DNA of 64,000 bases from Pachysolen tannophilus NRRL Y-2460. Lineage: Eukaryota. The first letter of the stretch is position 1; every line of letters begins with the position of its first letter. The position numbers were made by a program, and so were the translations under genes. Location of the stretch: assembly GCA_001661245.1 (NCBI GenBank), contig KV454011.1:1558834-1622833 (forward strand), read 5' to 3'. The notes below the pieces were generated by a model. The model saw nothing but the letters and a program-made list of their open reading frames with translations. It was not told the DNA's origin and did not search any database. Shown piece after piece: positions 1 to 10,860 of this stretch.

Positions 1-640
1 ATATATATATATATAATAAAAAAAATTTCAATTTAATTTTTTTTTCTCTTCTTTTTTTTTTGCAATTCCTGAATAGAAATAAATGTCTCTCAGTTTAAAA
101 CCAATCAAATCTATAACTAATCTTTAAATTATTTTTTATAAAACTTTGAATTTCAAAATTCTAATCTATATTATCTATATATATATATATATTATATATA
201 TATATATTAATTTCTATCTGTACTTATTTTTAAAGAGATAAATTTTTCACAATTTCTTAAAATTTTTTTCTTAATTAACAAAGAGAGAAAAAAAAAAATT
301 TTTTTTTTTTTAATTTTTTCTTACTTAATGAGATGATCTTTTGCCGGGTAAATTTTAGTTAATCGGCGGTGTAGGGTGTATAAAGTGGTGTGGGTGGTGT
401 GGGTGGTTTGTAAAATGTCTGGTGTAGGGTGTTTTTTAATTTTTTTAGAGTCGTGTGCGTATCGCTATCAGAGTCCCAATTTGGCAATTTGGTTTATCAG
501 CAGCAATCTCTTAGTTAAATATGAATCAATCAATCATATATATATATATAACTTTGTTGTTGTTGTTGTTTGTAATTTTTTTTTTTTTTAAAAAAAAATC
601 ATTGGCGGTAAAACCAGTTAATTGTTTTTTGTTTTTTTTC

Positions 641-1342
641 ATGGGGTTTGGAGAAAAGAGCTTAAACAAGAGGTATTTGGATCTGTTATCCAAGAACCCA
701 CTATTGACTAAATCTATTACTGCTTTTATATTATCATGTTTAAATGAACAAATTGCTTCATTAATTTCTGGAGATTTAACTAGTTTTAATTTAAAAATAT
801 CACTGGATTCTACAATTAAAATTAGACATCCTTTTAGTGAGAGAGTACCACTTATGGGATTTTATGGTTTTGCAATTAATGCACCAATATCTCATTATAG
901 TTATAAAATTTTAAATAAAATTTTTACACCACCTTTAAAAACTAAAAAGGAAAAATTATTACAAATTTTAACATCTTTATTAACTATAACACCTATTTTA
1001 TCAACTTGTTTAGTTAGTTATATTGCGTTAATTAGTTTAAATCCAACACCGTTATCTTTTAAAAAAATTTTATTAATTATTAAAGAAAATGGATATAAAG
1101 GTTTGAAAAAAGAATTTTCAAGAATTTTAATTACAATTAACATTGCTTTGAAAAAATCATTATTATCAGTTTTAAAATCTTCATGGATAATTAGTCCATT
1201 GGCAATTCTTATTGCACAAAATTATCTTGATACAGAAATGTGGGTTGTTTTTTTCAACTTTGTATATTTCGTATTAGGCACATATCAGAATACAATGGTT
1301 AAATTGAAAAGAAAAGAAAACAAAACAACTCCAAAAACTTGA
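641..1342 (+). CDS. Mpv17/PMP22-family peroxisomal membrane protein
   Basis: Motifs 'YLDLLSKNPLLTKSITA', 'INAPISHYSY' and 'WVVFFNFVYFVLGTYQNT' are typical of fungal PXMP2/PMP22 proteins. Start placed at ATG 641; the upstream in-frame extension is low-complexity. Confidence 0.75.
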   Translation: MGFGEKSLNKRYLDLLSKNPLLTKSITAFILSCLNEQIASLISGDLTSFNLKISLDSTIKIRHPFSERVPLMGFYGFAINAPISHYSYKILNKIFTPPLKTKKEKLLQILTSLLTITPILSTCLVSYIALISLNPTPLSFKKILLIIKENGYKGLKKEFSRILITINIALKKSLLSVLKSSWIISPLAILIAQNYLDTEMWVVFFNFVYFVLGTYQNTMVKLKRKENKTTPKT

Positions 1343-1373
1343 AATGTTAACTTAGATAAAATACATATACATA

Positions 1374-1410
<37 letters not shown>

Positions 1411-1949
1411 CTATATAGACAGAAAAAACATAATAATAATAAAATTAGTTAATAAATTCAATGTATTCTTGTCGCGTTCCGAAAGTTATTGTTGAAAACG
1501 CGCTTTCCGAAAATAGGGCGCTCTGCATCGTAAAGGCAGAGCGCACTATTTTTCTGTTTTTTCTCTCTTTTTTTTGGCTGGTCTTCTCGCACCTAAATAT
1601 AGGAAGAAAAAAAAAGAAAAATTTAGTACTTATTTCAAATTATTATTGTAGCCTTTAGTGGTTTCTTTTTAATTTGAATAAGATATCATTTTAATTGTTG
1701 TTAATGAATTATTTTTTTCAATAGAGGTTTATATATATATATATATTAAATATATATATATATTTGTGTTTTCTAAAGTCAGCTAGTTTGTCATTATAGT
1801 ATAATAATAAAAAATTGAAAATTTAGATTTTAATTTTTTTTTTTTTTTTTTTTTTTCTTTTATATATGAGAGAGATTGATTTGAAGGATTTCGCAACAAG
1901 ACAACAAATACAAACAACAAGAGATAATTAATGAAACAAAAAATAAACA

Positions 1950-2820
1950 ATGGAGAATTTATCCATAGATCGAAGTAGCAATAGTAATAATAATAATAAT
2001 AATAGTCGTGATATTGCTATGAATAGAAATGATTATTTGAAAGTGCCGGTTTCACCAAGGCATTTTTCTTCGGCTTCAAATCACTCATCGGTATATTCAT
2101 CAAGTTCTTCATCACAAGTTAGTTCGACTATTGTGAGTCCACATTTTAGAAATGAAACATCGTCACCATCGCGCTTGATCAATGTTACTGATTTAAGGGA
2201 ATCGATTCATGATCATACATTGGAAAATAAAATATATGATGAGATACAAGTAGCATATCGTAATAAAAAAAATAATAATGAAATTGAAATTGAAATTGGA
2301 AATGAGATTAGAAATGAGATTGGAAAGGGCGGGAAAATTGATTCAGCAAAAATGGAAAATTCATCTATTAAAATTGAAGAAGATCTTGTAGAAGATGAAG
2401 ATAATGGTGATTTTGAATATGAATTAAATACAGCAGAAACTTTATTGAATAATATCCCACCATCACCACCTTCATCTCCACCAAGAGAATTATTACCTGG
2501 TAGATTATACGCGTTATATGATTTCAGTGGGCCGGACCCAAGTCATTTGACTTTACAGAAAAATGATCCAATAGAGCTTTTAAATGATGATGATAGTTAT
2601 TGGTGGTTGGTTAAAAAATTGAAAAATGATGAAAATAATATACATAAAGTTGGTTTTGCACCTGCAGAAATATTAGAGACTTTTGAAGAAAGATTAGCAA
2701 GATTAAATTGTTGGAAAAATGAGCAATATGAAAAAATTGCAAAAGATAGTTTAATGATTGAAAATGAGGATGAAATTTCAACAATAATAAATGGAGAAAC
2801 AGTTATAGATCTTACAAAGC

Positions 2821-2863
<43 letters not shown>

Positions 2864-4523
2864 TCAAATAATATCTGCTGAAATTTCAACCTCAACATCA
2901 ACAAAAAAGTCAAATAATCATATGAAATCTCTTAGGAAAGTCAAATTTGTAAATTTGGAAGATTTTAGGGATCCAATTGATGAAAATGGTAGTGAAGTTT
3001 TCAGTGATATATATACAGATCATCAACCATTATTGATTCACAAGAAAAACAGATCAGCTTCTCTGATTGATGAAATCAATTTGGCAGAATTACGCGCTCT
3101 TAAGAGAAGTACATTATACGAACGTGGAGAAAGTAGAGAAGATCTTAGCTTATTACCACTGCCGCGAGTTGTAGCCGAGGGTAACGTTCATGATAATAAT
3201 AATAAATACCATGATTATTCTTTTTCAGAAACAGCATTATCACTATTGCCACACCAAGATGCTGTTAATAGCATAGATGCCGATTTGCATACGGCTAAGA
3301 ATAGAAACTCCATAATTTCAGTAATTTCTGATCAATCATCTTTTAATAACTTGGTTTATAACTCATTGATAGATGATAGAAATGGAGAAGAAAATCAAGA
3401 GGAATTTATAGCTCCTCCATCAATGTTTAAATTATCAAAAGAAGATTCGATTGGTTCTTTTTCACCAGATACCAGTGATTATAGTGCTTCATCACCTGGA
3501 AGTATTAACACAATTAATGCAAATAATGTAAATCATAATGATAAAAAAATGATAGGTGATGTTAATAGTACACCTCCTTTAGATTTATCTCTTGCACAAA
3601 AACTTAAAAAAGAACAGGAGAAATCTTTAAGATTTAGGCAGAAAAAACTTCAAGAAATTATTGATAAAAGAGCAAATTTACCAATATCTTCTAAAAGCGT
3701 TGATATTGCAAATAGCATACAAATGTTGGATGATTTTATAACCAACAATACCCTTAAAAATGGAAATACTGGCTATAACATATTTGATGATGATGAACAA
3801 AATGATACATGTAATACAGGAGATGAAACAGATGTTTTAATAAATAATGATCATATAATAGGATCTGGAGACGACCTGATACAAACAGAATGTTCAAACA
3901 ACTCTACAATCATTGAAGAGGAAAACCTGAAAAGAAGCTCTGGTTCTGAAAAAATATGCAATAATAATTTATCTCAAACATCACCATCAATTCACCAGGA
4001 AGAAAAAGATTTATCAATGCTCTCGAATTCCTCCTACAACACAAACTTTTCCACCAGCTCCTTATTGCCTTCGAATAGCTCGGTAACTCCTGCAACAAGC
4101 TCTAGCTATATTGAAAATAATGGCGTCAACAGTAATTTCAGCAGCAAACTGGAAAATGTTGCTGAGGAAAATGTATTTGGTTTAAGTAGTCCCGAAAGTC
4201 ATGAAAGTTTCACAACAAAGGATAATAACTCAAATAAAAATAAAATTGCAAACGCAAACGCAAATGAAAATGCTAATGCTAATGCTACAATCACTTCTAC
4301 AGCTACTACAATTTCAAATAATACATGGCTTCCGGCATATCCCTGCGCTAATAGCAAACCTGTTGTTGATAATGATAATAATAAAAGCATGACTTTCAAT
4401 GCAATATCAGAACTTGATGGCTCCACCAGTAAAAACCTGTTTCATCCACTAATATGGGAATTATTTGATCCTTTATTAAAAGAAATTGAAGAATTGATAG
4501 TTTATACAGAAAAATTTCTATGA
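1950..4523 (+). CDS. BUD14: SH3-domain cell-polarity protein, Glc7/PP1 regulator (Bud14/Tea4 family)
   Basis: SH3 domain 'LYALYDFSGPDPSHL...DSYWWLVK...GFAPAEILET' followed by 'ERLARLNCWKNE'. RVxF-type motif RKVKF at 2934-2948. Poly-Asn tracts. Confidence 0.8.
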
Positions 4524-4851
4524 TAGAGATGAGATGCACATCTTGCTTATATTTGCTAATTTAACTATTTTTTTTTTTTTTATTACTATTATTATTATTA
4601 TTTACTATTTTTTAATAATGTTTATCACATTTATAGTATCAAGGTTTTATGAGAATTTAGAATTAATTTAAAATATTTGAAGTATTTATTTTATTATTTT
4701 ACATCAACTTGTAATATAGTAAGTAATCAGTAACTAATGCTAATTGTGTGATAATTGAAGTGACAGCCCATGGTCTCCGGAAAGGAGAAATTTTACTAAA
4801 TATTCTCCGTTTTAATTTTACACTTCTCCGTGACGGAAAAGTTTCAGATTT

Positions 4852-4882
<31 letters not shown>

Positions 4883-5030
4883 TTTTTTAAAAAAGCCTGC
4901 AAAGGTATTTTGTCTATATGAAAGTTAACAAAATCTATATTAATACTAACACAAATCGAAAAGTAAAAAGCGTTAAAAAAAAAATTTTAAAACTAGATTG
5001 TGAAGGAATAGAAAAGAGAAAAGAGAAAAG

Positions 5031-7820
5031 ATGTCTTGGTCTCCAGATCCTCAAGCTGTGCAGCAATTAACGCATGTGTTGGCGGGAACTCTTTCAACCA
5101 GTTCTAAAGAAAGGGCACAAGCTCAAGAAGCTTTAGATCAGGCTAGACTTTTACCTGATTTAGATAATTATTTACTTCATATTTTGGTCAATGAAAAGCA
5201 AGCAAACTCGCAAATTCGAGCTTCAGCTGGGTTATTGTTGAAGAACAATATTTTGAAAAATTTTACTAAAAAAGATCAATTATTGCAAAAACATGTTTTG
5301 GATGAAATTTTGAAAGGGATAATAGACAATGATGGTTTAGTTAGAAATATCACAGGTAATGTAATAACGTCACTTTTCTCTATGTTTGGAGTTGAATTGT
5401 GGCCGCAGGTGTTATCTCAGTTGATGGATATTGCATCGGGTGCAGCTGGCTCGATTCAATCACAAGAAGGTGCAATGAGTGCTTTATCAAAGATTTGCGA
5501 AGATTCTATAGAAAAATTGGATAAAGATTATAATGGTGAAAGACCTTTAAATTACATGATTCCTAAATTTATTGAATTAACGCAGTCTCCCTCTGCAAAA
5601 GTTAGGGCTCAGGCCATTTTGTGTATTAATCAAGGTTTTAGAGTGATGTCACAAGCATTATTAGCACATCTAAATTCATATTTATCAAGATTATTTGTCT
5701 TGGCTACAGATGAATCTCCAAGTGTTCGTCGTAATATTTGTTCAGCTTTCTCTAATATCTTGGAAACAATACCAGATAAATTATTACCACATCTCGATGG
5801 TGTTATTAATTATGCTATTCATTCTATTAATGATAATAATGAAGAAGTTTCCTTGGAAGCATGTGAATTCTTGTTAAGTTTATCTTCATCAGAAATACCT
5901 CAGAATATTATAAAACCAAAGTTACCTATGATTATATCAACTTTATTGGAAAAAATGGTTTATTCAGAAGTAGATATCTTTTTGATTGAAGAAATGGATT
6001 CAAAGAATGATGCAGATATTGAGGATAAAGATAATGATATTAAGCCACAAATGGCAAAAGGTAAAGATTCCCATAAAGTTGCAAGTAAAGACGATAAATC
6101 GAATAATAGAAATGGAGATACAGCTTTTGACGCTGATGATGATACTGAAGATGAAGAAGATGATCAGGATGGAGATTTATCCGAATGGAACTTGAGAAAA
6201 TGCGCGGCTGCAACTTTAGATGTATTTGCATCTATAATACCAGAAGAAATAATGGGTATCGTATTACCTTTATTGAAAGATAGGATAACTTCCCCACAAT
6301 GGCCAATTCGTGAAGCTGCTATATTGGCGTTTGGTGCTATTTCTGAAGGATGTTTAGAATTAGCAAGAGATCAATTACCTGAATTAGTCCCTTTCCTAGT
6401 TGACAGATTACAAGATAAGGAACCAAGAGTGAGACAAATAACTTGCTGGACTTTGGGTCGTTATTCACCATGGGTTTGTGGTGAAGCTCATAAAGGTGGC
6501 CAATATGCTGCCTATTTCATGCCTACATTTCAAGCTGTTATGATGTGTGCCTTGGATAATAAAAAAATTGTTCAAGAAGCAGCATGTTCTTCTTTAGCAA
6601 ATTTCATAGAAGCTGGTGATTCCGAATTAATAGGTCAGCTAGTAGAACCGTTATTAACACATTTTCAAAAATGTTTTGTGAAGTATCAACGTAAAAATTT
6701 GGTAATATTGTACGATGCTGTTCAAACATTTGTGGAGAAAACTGGAGATAAATTGTCAAACAATGATAAATTTATTGAAGTCTTACTTCCACCATTAATT
6801 GAAAAATGGCATTCATTGGCGGATGATGATAAAGACTTATGGCCATTGCTTGAATGTATGTCTTCTGTTGCAGCGTCATTAGGAGAATCTTTTGCTCCTT
6901 ATGGAATGCCTGTCTATGATAGAGCATTTAAAATTTTAGCCAATTGCGTTGAACAGGAAAAATTATGTCATTCTAATCCTTTAATAGATTACCCAGAAAA
7001 AGATTTCATGGTTACTTCAATTGACTTAATAGATGGTTTAGTTCAGGGTTTGAAATTACACAGTGGTAGATTAATTTTACAAAATGATCAAAAATCATCA
7101 GTTCCCTTGATGCAATTATTATTATCATGTTTTGAAGATCCTACTGATGACGTTCGACAATCTGCATATGCATTGTTAGGAGATTTGGCTATATTTAATT
7201 TGGAAGAAATCGTTAGGCCGTATTTGCATTTAATCATTATTTCCATTGGAAATGAAATAAGCAATAGGAGTTTTAATTCATCTGCAGTGGTTAATAATGC
7301 AACATGGGCATTAGGAGAAATCGCATTAAGACTTTCATCACAGGATTTGCAACCATATTTGTCAAATTTAGTAGCAGTCCTACTACCTTTATTAAACTCA
7401 ACGGATGTTCAATCAACAGTATTAGAAAATGCAGCTATAACCATCGGAAGAATAGGTATATCTTCACCTCAACATTTATCACAATATTTATCTGAATTTT
7501 TATCAACTTGGTCAGCTCATATGAAATACCTAGAGGAGAATGATGAAAAAGATACAGCATTTAGAGGCATGTGCAATATAATTGGTTCGAACCCAACAAA
7601 TTTTTTAAGTAATGCCTCTAGCGCAAGTGGGAAAAGTTCATTAAGTAAATTTCTTGAGTGTATTGCCTATTATGAATATCCTTCAGATGAATTGAGCAGA
7701 ATTTTTGTTGGCTTATTGAATGGATATAAGTCCACATTAGGTGATTCTTTTGAACGGGAAATTCTCAGCTATATGGATGGTGAGTCCAGAGAAATCTTAA
7801 AGATTAGATACGGCATTTGA
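5031..7820 (+). CDS. KAP104: Transportin/karyopherin beta-2
   Basis: 929 aa HEAT-repeat protein with an acidic H8 loop followed by 'WNLRKCAAATLD', plus 'VRQITCWTLGRY' and 'ENAAITIGR'. Confidence 0.93.
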   Translation: MSWSPDPQAVQQLTHVLAGTLSTSSKERAQAQEALDQARLLPDLDNYLLHILVNEKQANSQIRASAGLLLKNNILKNFTKKDQLLQKHVLDEILKGIIDNDGLVRNITGNVITSLFSMFGVELWPQVLSQLMDIASGAAGSIQSQEGAMSALSKICEDSIEKLDKDYNGERPLNYMIPKFIELTQSPSAKVRAQAILCINQGFRVMSQALLAHLNSYLSRLFVLATDESPSVRRNICSAFSNILETIPDKLLPHLDGVINYAIHSINDNNEEVSLEACEFLLSLSSSEIPQNIIKPKLPMIISTLLEKMVYSEVDIFLIEEMDSKNDADIEDKDNDIKPQMAKGKDSHKVASKDDKSNNRNGDTAFDADDDTEDEEDDQDGDLSEWNLRKCAAATLDVFASIIPEEIMGIVLPLLKDRITSPQWPIREAAILAFGAISEGCLELARDQLPELVPFLVDRLQDKEPRVRQITCWTLGRYSPWVCGEAHKGGQYAAYFMPTFQAVMMCALDNKKIVQEAACSSLANFIEAGDSELIGQLVEPLLTHFQKCFVKYQRKNLVILYDAVQTFVEKTGDKLSNNDKFIEVLLPPLIEKWHSLADDDKDLWPLLECMSSVAASLGESFAPYGMPVYDRAFKILANCVEQEKLCHSNPLIDYPEKDFMVTSIDLIDGLVQGLKLHSGRLILQNDQKSSVPLMQLLLSCFEDPTDDVRQSAYALLGDLAIFNLEEIVRPYLHLIIISIGNEISNRSFNSSAVVNNATWALGEIALRLSSQDLQPYLSNLVAVLLPLLNSTDVQSTVLENAAITIGRIGISSPQHLSQYLSEFLSTWSAHMKYLEENDEKDTAFRGMCNIIGSNPTNFLSNASSASGKSSLSKFLECIAYYEYPSDELSRIFVGLLNGYKSTLGDSFEREILSYMDGESREILKIRYGI

Positions 7821-8099
7821 TTAGGTAAATACATTATAAAACAACAAGAAAAATCAAAAAAGAAAGAAAAATCAAAAATTGGGCTTGAAAAAAATGGTTT
7901 CTGCAAAATTTCTTTGCTTGTTTCCTACCTAATGAATAATAGTAAACATGAATTTATATTTTTATTATCTTAAATATTACAATCTGCATTAATATATGTA
8001 TAGTTACATACTGTATATTCTAATAAAATATTACCAACTTTGCTTCGGAATCCCAAGGCTTTTTTTATTTTTTATTTTTTTTTTCTTTTTGGTCCTGCT

Positions 8100-9557
8100 T
8101 TAAAAAGTTCTAGGTTCCAACAATAGCTGACCCATTGAAACTTTTGAATGACCATTTTGAAATGAATATACTGAGTTACCTCTAACAATAGTTTCCATTA
8201 CTCTTCCAGTGAATTCAACACCATCAAAAGGAGTTAATTTATTTTTGAAAAAAGTCAGTTTATTAGAAACTGTGTATACAGCATTCGGGTCAAATATTGC
8301 AAAATCTGCATCCATACCTTCTTCAATTTTACCTTTTCTTTGTGATAACCCAACTTGTCTTGCTGTATTTTCCGAAGTCCATTTTGAGATTTCTATTAAT
8401 GAAACTGGTGGATCTTGCTTTGAACCTTCAGTCCATAATATTGGTAAACCAAACCCAACTGAAGCAATTCCACCCCATGCTGTGAAAAAATCACCTTTTT
8501 CCAACCCTTTTAACTCCCTAGTACATGGGGAATGATCTGAAACTACTGTTGAAATAATACCAGATCTTAATGCTTTCCAAAGCAATTTCCTATTAGATTC
8601 AGTTCTAATTGGAGGACAACATTTGAATTGTGTCTTACAATTTGCTATATTTTCAGCTGCTAATGATAGATAGTGGAAACAAGTTTCAACTGATAATTTT
8701 AAACCTTTTTCCTGTGCTGCTTTAATCAAAGGTACAGCTTCATGAGTTGCCAAATGGACTATATGCAATGGTACAGATGTTTCCTTAGAAGCACAAGAGA
8801 TAATTTCCGAAATGGCTTTGACTTCAAAACTATCAGGTCTAGAAGCCAAAAATGAAGAATAAGAAGTTGGATCAATTGAATCAAAATCATTCAGAATTTT
8901 TTCGTCAATATGATTTTTGCATTTATTGGAAATTTCTTGAAGACCAGGATCCGTTACCGGTTGCATTTCCAGATGGAACATCAACAACGTTGATTCTCCC
9001 TTAACTTTTTGCATAGCTTTATTAATATATGTTGGTGTAATTGCAGGAAATTCATCTACTCCCGATTCAATTAAAAACCCTTTGAAACCTCTTACACCTG
9101 CTTTTATCAATGGAATCAAATCATCCAAATTATCAGGAACTAAACCTCCCCAAAACCCTGTATCAACCCAAGTTTTATTTTTAGCGGCTTCCAATTTAAT
9201 GTTAAAGTTTTTAATATTGGTTGATGGTGGAATTGCATTTAAAGGCATATCAATAACTGTAGTGACACCACCACTTGCAGCAGCTTTTGTACCAGATTCA
9301 AAACCTTCCCAATCTGTTCTACCAGGTTCATTCAAATGAACATGGGCATCAACTAAGCCTGGCATTATCACGTATGGAGCCAAATTACGGTAATCGTCAG
9401 GAAAAACACCAAACTTTGCTAAAATAGAATCATCTTGAGATAGTACTTCACCTTTAACAATATGTAAAATTTTACCATTTTTTGATGAAAAAATTATAGT
9501 AGCCAGAATAACGTTACCATCTATAACAACTTTAGTAGATGAAATTGCATATGACAT
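8100..9557 (-). CDS. DAL1: Allantoinase (amidohydrolase superfamily)
   Basis: 'PGLVDAHVHLNEPGRTDWEGFESGTKAAASGGVTTVIDMPLN', 'FKCCPPIR', 'VSDHSPC', 'AWGGIASVG'. First ATG at 9557. Confidence 0.93.
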   Translation of the reverse strand: MSYAISSTKVVIDGNVILATIIFSSKNGKILHIVKGEVLSQDDSILAKFGVFPDDYRNLAPYVIMPGLVDAHVHLNEPGRTDWEGFESGTKAAASGGVTTVIDMPLNAIPPSTNIKNFNIKLEAAKNKTWVDTGFWGGLVPDNLDDLIPLIKAGVRGFKGFLIESGVDEFPAITPTYINKAMQKVKGESTLLMFHLEMQPVTDPGLQEISNKCKNHIDEKILNDFDSIDPTSYSSFLASRPDSFEVKAISEIISCASKETSVPLHIVHLATHEAVPLIKAAQEKGLKLSVETCFHYLSLAAENIANCKTQFKCCPPIRTESNRKLLWKALRSGIISTVVSDHSPCTRELKGLEKGDFFTAWGGIASVGFGLPILWTEGSKQDPPVSLIEISKWTSENTARQVGLSQRKGKIEEGMDADFAIFDPNAVYTVSNKLTFFKNKLTPFDGVEFTGRVMETIVRGNSVYSFQNGHSKVSMGQLLLEPRTF

Positions 9558-9707
9558 GATGACCTTATCTATAATCCCAAACAAACAAGACCTTATAAAC
9601 CACCACCAACCTTTTCGTTTTTTTATTATTCAAATCAATCGTTGAAATTTTTTGAATATGGATAGATAGTATGGTATTTTAAAACTATTTTTTTGGAAAA
9701 CGGTTTC

Positions 9708-9721
9708 TCGGTTATATCCGC
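9708..9721. promoter_or_regulatory. Candidate Ppr1/UaY-type Zn-cluster site (TCGG-N6-CCG) upstream of DAL1
   Basis: TCGGTTATATCCGC about 150 bp upstream of the DAL1 ATG; GATAA elements nearby. Confidence 0.5.
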
Positions 9722-10534
9722 TCTTTTCAGAATTCCGGGCCATTTATCAAGTTTGGTATTATACATATTGATTGTACTAAAGAGAGAAAGAGAGATAATG
9801 ATTTCTCACAAACCAAGATTAATTGATAACATTGTTAGTTTTCATGTGGTAAGAACTAGTATTAAGAAAAACAACACCTCTAATATTATAACTTTATTTT
9901 CCAAGTTCTACTATATGATCTTTCTTGTTTTTATTTTTTTGGCTATGAGAAGAAAGTAAAATTAAATGGAGCGCGCACTCATATAGTTATGAAGGAACAC
10001 AAGGATGAACAGCATAGATATAGATTTTTTTTTCACATTGCTTTTATTGTTCATGTTGACTGGTCAAAAAGATAGTTTTTGAACTCATTTTCTTGTGCAT
10101 TCTGAATTTACATGCTAAAATTAGTATTTAGTGTAGAAATAATATTAGTAATTAGTAAAAAGATCCACAGTTCTTAACTAGGTAAGATAAATAGTTGAGA
10201 CTAAAAATATTAGAATCTATCATAGATAAATGTGATTTTATTCTTGGTTCAACTCTGATTCCAAGGAAAGACAAGAAAGAATTCGGGGAACCAGATAGAC
10301 TATATTCTTGATCTTGGAAAAAGGTTTTGTCCAAAGACCATAAATAAAAGAAAAGAAAAGACAAAAAAANAAAAAAAAAAAAAAGAAACCCTCCTCCACC
10401 GGTTTTCAACGAATTTAACAATCAATCTGCAAACAGCAATCCGTGTCAAGATAACATTATACTTTGTTTGTTCTTCTTTTCCATGTAATTAATTCATGTA
10501 TGAATGAATGTATTTATGTGGTGCACAATTATGC

Positions 10535-10860
10535 NNNNNNNNNNNNNNNNNNNNNNNNNNNNNNNNNNNNNNNNNNNNNNNNNNNNNNNNNNNNNNNNNN
10601 NNNNNNNNNNNNNNNNNNNNNNNNNNNNNNNNNNNNNNNNNNNNNNNNNNNNNNNNNNNNNNNNNNNNNNNNNNNNNNNNNNNNNNNNNNNNNNNNNNNN
10701 NNNNNNNNNNNNNNNNNNNNNNNNNNNNNNNNNNNNNNNNNNNNNNNNNNNNNNNNNNNNNNNNNNNNNNNNNNNNNNNNNNNNNNNNNNNNNNNNNNNN
10801 NNNNNNNNNNNNNNNNNNNNNNNNNNNNNNNNNNNNNNNNNNNNNNNNNNNNNNNNNNNN
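10535..10860. other. Assembly gap (N run) flanked by a ~152-bp duplication
   Basis: 10382-10534 is repeated almost exactly at 10861-11012. Confidence 0.95.

Noticed and set aside
521..640. N-terminal extensions given by the ORF track (here and for the ABC, DAL1, RPS3, permease and VPH1 genes)
   Set aside because: They are low-complexity, begin at TTG/GTG, or are intronic; conserved sequence starts at downstream ATGs or at a spliced exon.
7583..7596. GGTTCGAACCC, resembling a tRNA T-loop/B box
   Set aside because: It lies inside the KAP104 coding sequence, with no cloverleaf or A box.
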